Source: Octopus bimaculoides
Lineage: Eukaryota
Assembly: GCF_001194135.2 (NCBI RefSeq)
Contig: NC_068992.1
Span: forward strand, 33,861,459 to 33,901,425
Length of the DNA: 39,967 nt
Direction: 5' to 3'
Shown: piece after piece, positions 35,625-39,967 of the stretch
Layout: each line of letters begins with the position of its first letter
How positions within the stretch are numbered: the first letter of the stretch is position 1
The notes under the pieces: model-generated
What the model saw: only the letters and a program-made list of their open reading frames with translations
The model's database searches: none
What the model was told of the DNA's origin: nothing
Program-made: the position numbers and the translations under genes

Positions 35625-35832
35625 TCATCACACAATTGACCCAATGAAAGAGCCCGTACCTGGTCGCTCGACACGCTAAACATAGCAGCCAAAGTATCCC
35701 TCTACCTAAATCACCCACCCATTGTATGTAATATCCTAGATTATCCCTAAAAAGATGGTCTGCTGAAAGCTGGAATGTCTTTGATGATACGTTTGCAGTA
35801 TCAGGGCCGATCTGAGGTTAAATAACAACAAC
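35625..35832 (+). mobile_element. Unclassified retroelement-like 3' tail ending in (AAC)n
   Basis: CpG-containing block ending gggccgatctgaggttaaataacaacaaca; family recalled only loosely. Confidence 0.4.
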
Positions 35833-36880
35833 ATTATGATCAATTTCTATATTAACACTCGCACGATTTTCACTATGAAAAAACAAAAAATTGGATTTTT
35901 TGTGTGGAATCAAGTACCCTCACATTCTAATATGCTGCAAATCCTTTATGTTTGTTTGGAAAAAATGGTGGGGACTGCCCCCAATCCCGGAATCATTGGA
36001 AATTTTTTTCTGCGTTGACTGAATCCCTGTGACCTCCTAACACTGCAAAATTAGGTTACTTAAGGTGAGCCTGGTAACTGATGGTTTTGGGGTCTTGTTG
36101 TTTGTAACTTTTAATGAGCCATGGGGCAACCAATAACATGGTAAAAATCCCTGCCATTAATTTGGTGCAGATGAGTAATATCAAATAATTCAATCACAAC
36201 ATATATTTAAATTAAACATGAAAAAAGTGAAATATTATCGTCCCTAAATGGAAAAATTGAAATATCTTTCAGTATTTTATAAGGTGAAATCTTAAATTAT
36301 TGACACATTATTAATTATCTTATAACAGTAATGCCTGGAAAAATTATGGATTACATGGAAAAATGTGAGCATGAAAAGTAATCTTCTTAAGATTATAAAC
36401 CTGTAAAAGTATAGGACAAGCTATTACTTCTAGTAAAGCAAAGAATAAGAAATATTTTACTTAAAATATTGCAACTAAAATTAAAATTTGAATATTGAAA
36501 CTTATTTTATTATAGTTTACAAATAACACTATACTTATTTAAGTAGAATTTGACTAATTTACTATCTTAAATACAGAAAAAGTGACTAATTAGACAAACT
36601 TACAAATTAGCGGAATAGTTTTGTACAATAAATTTAAAAGATGAGAACTATAAAGAGTGATAAATTAGAAGAACTGGCATTCTTTGCTGCAATAGTTTAA
36701 GTAAAAAGTTTCTTATTCTTTACTTTACTATAAATAATAGCTTGTTCTATACTTTTACAGGTGTAATAACTTGTCCTGTACTTTTCCAGGCTTATAATCT
36801 TAAGAATATGACTTTTTATGCTCGCATTTTTCCATGTAATATATAGTCTAATATACAAAGACAACAGGGTAAAAATACAC

Positions 36881-36924
<44 letters not shown>

Positions 36925-37085
36925 CCAAGTATCTCTGAGTGGTTGGCGTTAGGAAGGGCATCCAGCTGTAGAAACTCTGCCAAATCAGATTGTAGCCTGG
37001 TGTAGCCATCTGGTTCACCAGTCCTCAGTGAAATCATCCAACCCATGCTAGCATGGAAAGCGGACGTTAAACGACAACGACGATA
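36925..37085 (+). mobile_element. RTE-type 3' tail
   Basis: ctctgagtggttggcgttaggaagggcatccagctgtagaaact..aacccatgctagcatggaaagcggacgttaaacgacaacgacgat, close to 33229-33362. Confidence 0.88.
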
Positions 37086-37239
37086 TATATATATATATAT
37101 ATATATAAATAATATATATATATATATATGCATATATACATACTTACATCTATACTCATATATAAATGCATATGTGGGCACAGTATGTCACGAACATATA
37201 CAGCAAAATAATATGCAGTATGAGTACATGGAATATGAA

Positions 37240-37760
37240 CTATTTTTTTGAACAACGAAGGACACAAATGGAAAACAAGATAAACAACATAAAGAACGAC
37301 CCTTCATCAGTTGTTTGGCTGTTTTTCTACTGTCGTATTTCGAGCATTTAACAACAATATACGCTTTTGATAAAATAGTTGCTCCCGCAAAGCAAATTAA
37401 ATAAAATTGGGGATTTTGCAGTGGGTCACAATTGGTAACACAAACAGGAAAGAGAAAACAAACAGAAAGGCCTAAACACGGTTGTGATGTTGAACATGTA
37501 AATCAAGCTTGGACAGGAGACAGACAAGAACACGTGTTCCTTGTTCCAGCTACAATGGAGAGAAAGAAAGAAACACAAGTTAGAAGAAAGAAAGATGGCC
37601 GATGGTCACGTGGGAGCCATGTGAGCAAGGGAGGAGGAGTAAGTTAGAGAGAGTGACTAAGTAATAAGATAGAAGAGTAGGAGAAGAGGAGGTAAAAGAA
37701 TAAGAGAGAGAAAGAGAGAAAAACGAAAGAGTAAAAAGAACGTATAGAGTGTGCATCAGA
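37240..37760. repeat. Unclassified interspersed repeat, possibly Penelope-derived
   Basis: CpG-richer block between microsatellites; classification is recollection only. Confidence 0.25.
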
Positions 37761-37891
37761 ATTATTAAAACAAAACTTGCTTGGAAGAGGATGTGTAGTG
37801 TTCAATCATATAATAATATAAGTAATATACATAAATATATACACGCATATACACATACGTATATGTACATACTTACATCTATACATATATA

Positions 37892-39050
37892 TCCTTCTTT
37901 CTGACTCATGACTCTTTACCAATGTCCCACAAGCTTATGAAATGACAGTAGAAATTGCCAAGTTTTGACTGAAAGAATTCATAAAGCCTTGTTTTCAGCC
38001 CCATGTCATCGCTGAGTTAAATGCCTTGCAGGCTATAGGAAAACAATTAAAAAAGAGAATAATCTGAAGGTGTTATATCAGTATTTAAAGTGTAGTAGAA
38101 CTTCCCAACCAAACTCTTGAATAGCATTTTTGGTCATATTGGCAATATGAGAACAAGTGTTGTTATGTGAAAGAAGCCCACCATGGATTGCCTCAATGAG
38201 TTGGTGCGTTTACTGAACATAAATCTCTGGATTAACTGTATGGTTGTTTTCAAGCATTTCAAAGTATATTAGCTCTTTGCAGTCCCACCAAATGCAGATC
38301 ATTGTGCTGCATGGATGCATGTCTGGTTTAGCTCTAGTGCTGCTGGCATGTCAGGACTCAGCCATTCCTTCCTCAGCTTCATATTAGCATAAAGATATCC
38401 TTTTTCATCTCTGGGGACAATGCAATAAAGAAATCTCTGTTTGTGTCCATGAGTAGCCAGGTATTAAGCAAGGAAACTGGCCATGAAAGAAGAGCACTAA
38501 AGTTTGTCTCTTTTGTTTTGAGGACCTAGTAACTATGCACCAAGTTTTGGTCCTTACTCATTGAGTGAAAGTGATGGGCTATGATATTTTGAGAGCCTCT
38601 CGACACTACTTAGTGGGATTGGTGTGGATTCTCATAGATGAGTTTGTTTGATCAATCTTTATTGAATTGAACAGGTCAACCGAAACACAGAAAGACAGTG
38701 AAGTCAAATTATCCCTCCTTGAAGCATGAAAACTATTTCTGATCAGTTCTTTTAGTAATGGCACTATTTCTATAAACAGCACAAATGTCTCAAGTGTCTT
38801 TGGCAGCTTTGGGGCATTGATTAAGATTGAAGAGAAGCAACTGTCGAAAATGCTCATTTTTATCTTCTGACACTCCATCTCTTTGTTTGAAAAATGGTAA
38901 AAATTTGTTCAAATTTCAAAAATGATTAACAAAAGTTGCAGAGGAAGAACAGTTACAAAAGAAAAATACTTGAAACACTGTGATAGAAACATTTTCAAGT
39001 TAATTCAAATAACATTTGAAAGCAATAAACAAATTTATCTGACAACTCAG
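37892..39050 (-). mobile_element. Second, more decayed mariner with transposase pseudogene (ATG 38878)
   Basis: MECQ..DKNEHFRQLLLF..DICAVY..ENPHQ..MICIWWDC..HIANMTKNAIQEFGWEVL..DITPSDY..KLVGHW; TIR-like gagttgtcagataaatttg at about 39030-39048; the other end is lost in microsatellite. Confidence 0.85.
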
Positions 39051-39053
39051 AAT

Positions 39054-39460
39054 CTTTTATTTTTTATCTTTTATTTGTTTCAGTCATCTGACTGTGGCCA
39101 TGCTGGGATTCCACCTTGAAGAATTTTTAGTCAAATGAATTACCACCAGTACTTAAATTTTTTTCAGCTTGGTATTTATTCTATTGGTGTCTTTTTACCA
39201 AATCGCTCAGTTACTTGGACATAAATACACTGACACTGGTTGTCAAGCAGTGGTGGGGGAACAAACACACACACACACACACATTTATATATATACAACA
39301 GGCTTCTTTCAGATTTTGTCTACGAAATCCATTCACAAGGCTTTGATCAGCCCAATCTATAGTAGAAGACACTTTCCCCAAGGTGTAACACAATGGAAGT
39401 GAACCCAGAACCATGTAATTTGGAAGCAAGCTTCTTACTACACGACCACACCTGCACCTA
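39054..39460 (-). mobile_element. Complete SINE family A copy with internal (CA)n/(AT)n
   Basis: Reverse complement: taggtgcaggtgtggtcgtgtagtaagaagcttgcttcc head, microsatellite, ccagcatggccacagtc..gactgaaacaaataaaag tail. Confidence 0.82.
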
Positions 39461-39967
39461 TCCCAGTGTTCAAATTTGCTTCCCATGTGATTAGATGATT
39501 GAAAAATCAGAACAGTTATGAAGCAATGGATTTTCTGATAAGAAGAATTTTCTGAACATTATATACATTTGATCTGATGAAAATATTTCACACATTGCCT
39601 ATGTTTGTACCATAAGTGAAGGACTTTGCACTGTTAATGTTAATTACTTACACCAAATGGTTTATAACTGTGTAAAAAACGAATATGACAAAACAAAATT
39701 GCGCAAACGAACCTGGGGGTGGGGAGAGGACTTTCAGAAAATTCACAAGATCCGATTTTTCCACCATAACTTTCAGGAAAATGGATATATATTGATTTCT
39801 TTTGTATGTAATCTCACATTTGTGGTTATGGAGGATCCGATCCTGAAAACAATTTTCATAAATCGTATTTTTAAAACTTCAACTCCCCTCCCCTTCATTT
39901 TAAACTTTTTATGGAAAGTCTTTTTTTACAAAATACATAGAAAAATAAAAAGATTACGATTCTGAAA

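Noticed and set aside
37290-37350. CUGAUGA on the minus strand (37304-37310) as another hammerhead
   Set aside because: No correctly placed stem II-GAAA-UH and no stem I could be built.

Overview
AT-rich, gapped animal scaffold made almost entirely of microsatellites and transposable-element debris. The SINE and RTE families look like those of coleoid cephalopods, probably Octopus (recognised from memory, not searched). No host gene could be identified with confidence. Well-supported elements: (1) a full-length CMC/Chapaev3-type DNA transposon at 4330-6586, with CAC..GTG ends, a TTA target-site duplication (TSD) and a 561-codon transposase frame broken only by two stops, inserted into an R4/Dong-like LINE; (2) an Hsmar1-like mariner at 13305-14555 and a second, older mariner at about 37892-39050; (3) a decayed CRE-like retrotransposon with a restriction-like endonuclease (RLE) at about 14560-16750; (4) RTE LINE pieces and several SINEs; (5) a hAT non-autonomous element at 29583-30452 with an 8-bp TSD, carrying a long fold-back around a TTAGGG-like core. 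The most notable signal is a near-perfect 467-bp palindrome at 23566-24032. Each arm encodes a minimal type I hammerhead-ribozyme fold, one per strand, most likely an inverted pair of Penelope-like or retrozyme terminal repeats.
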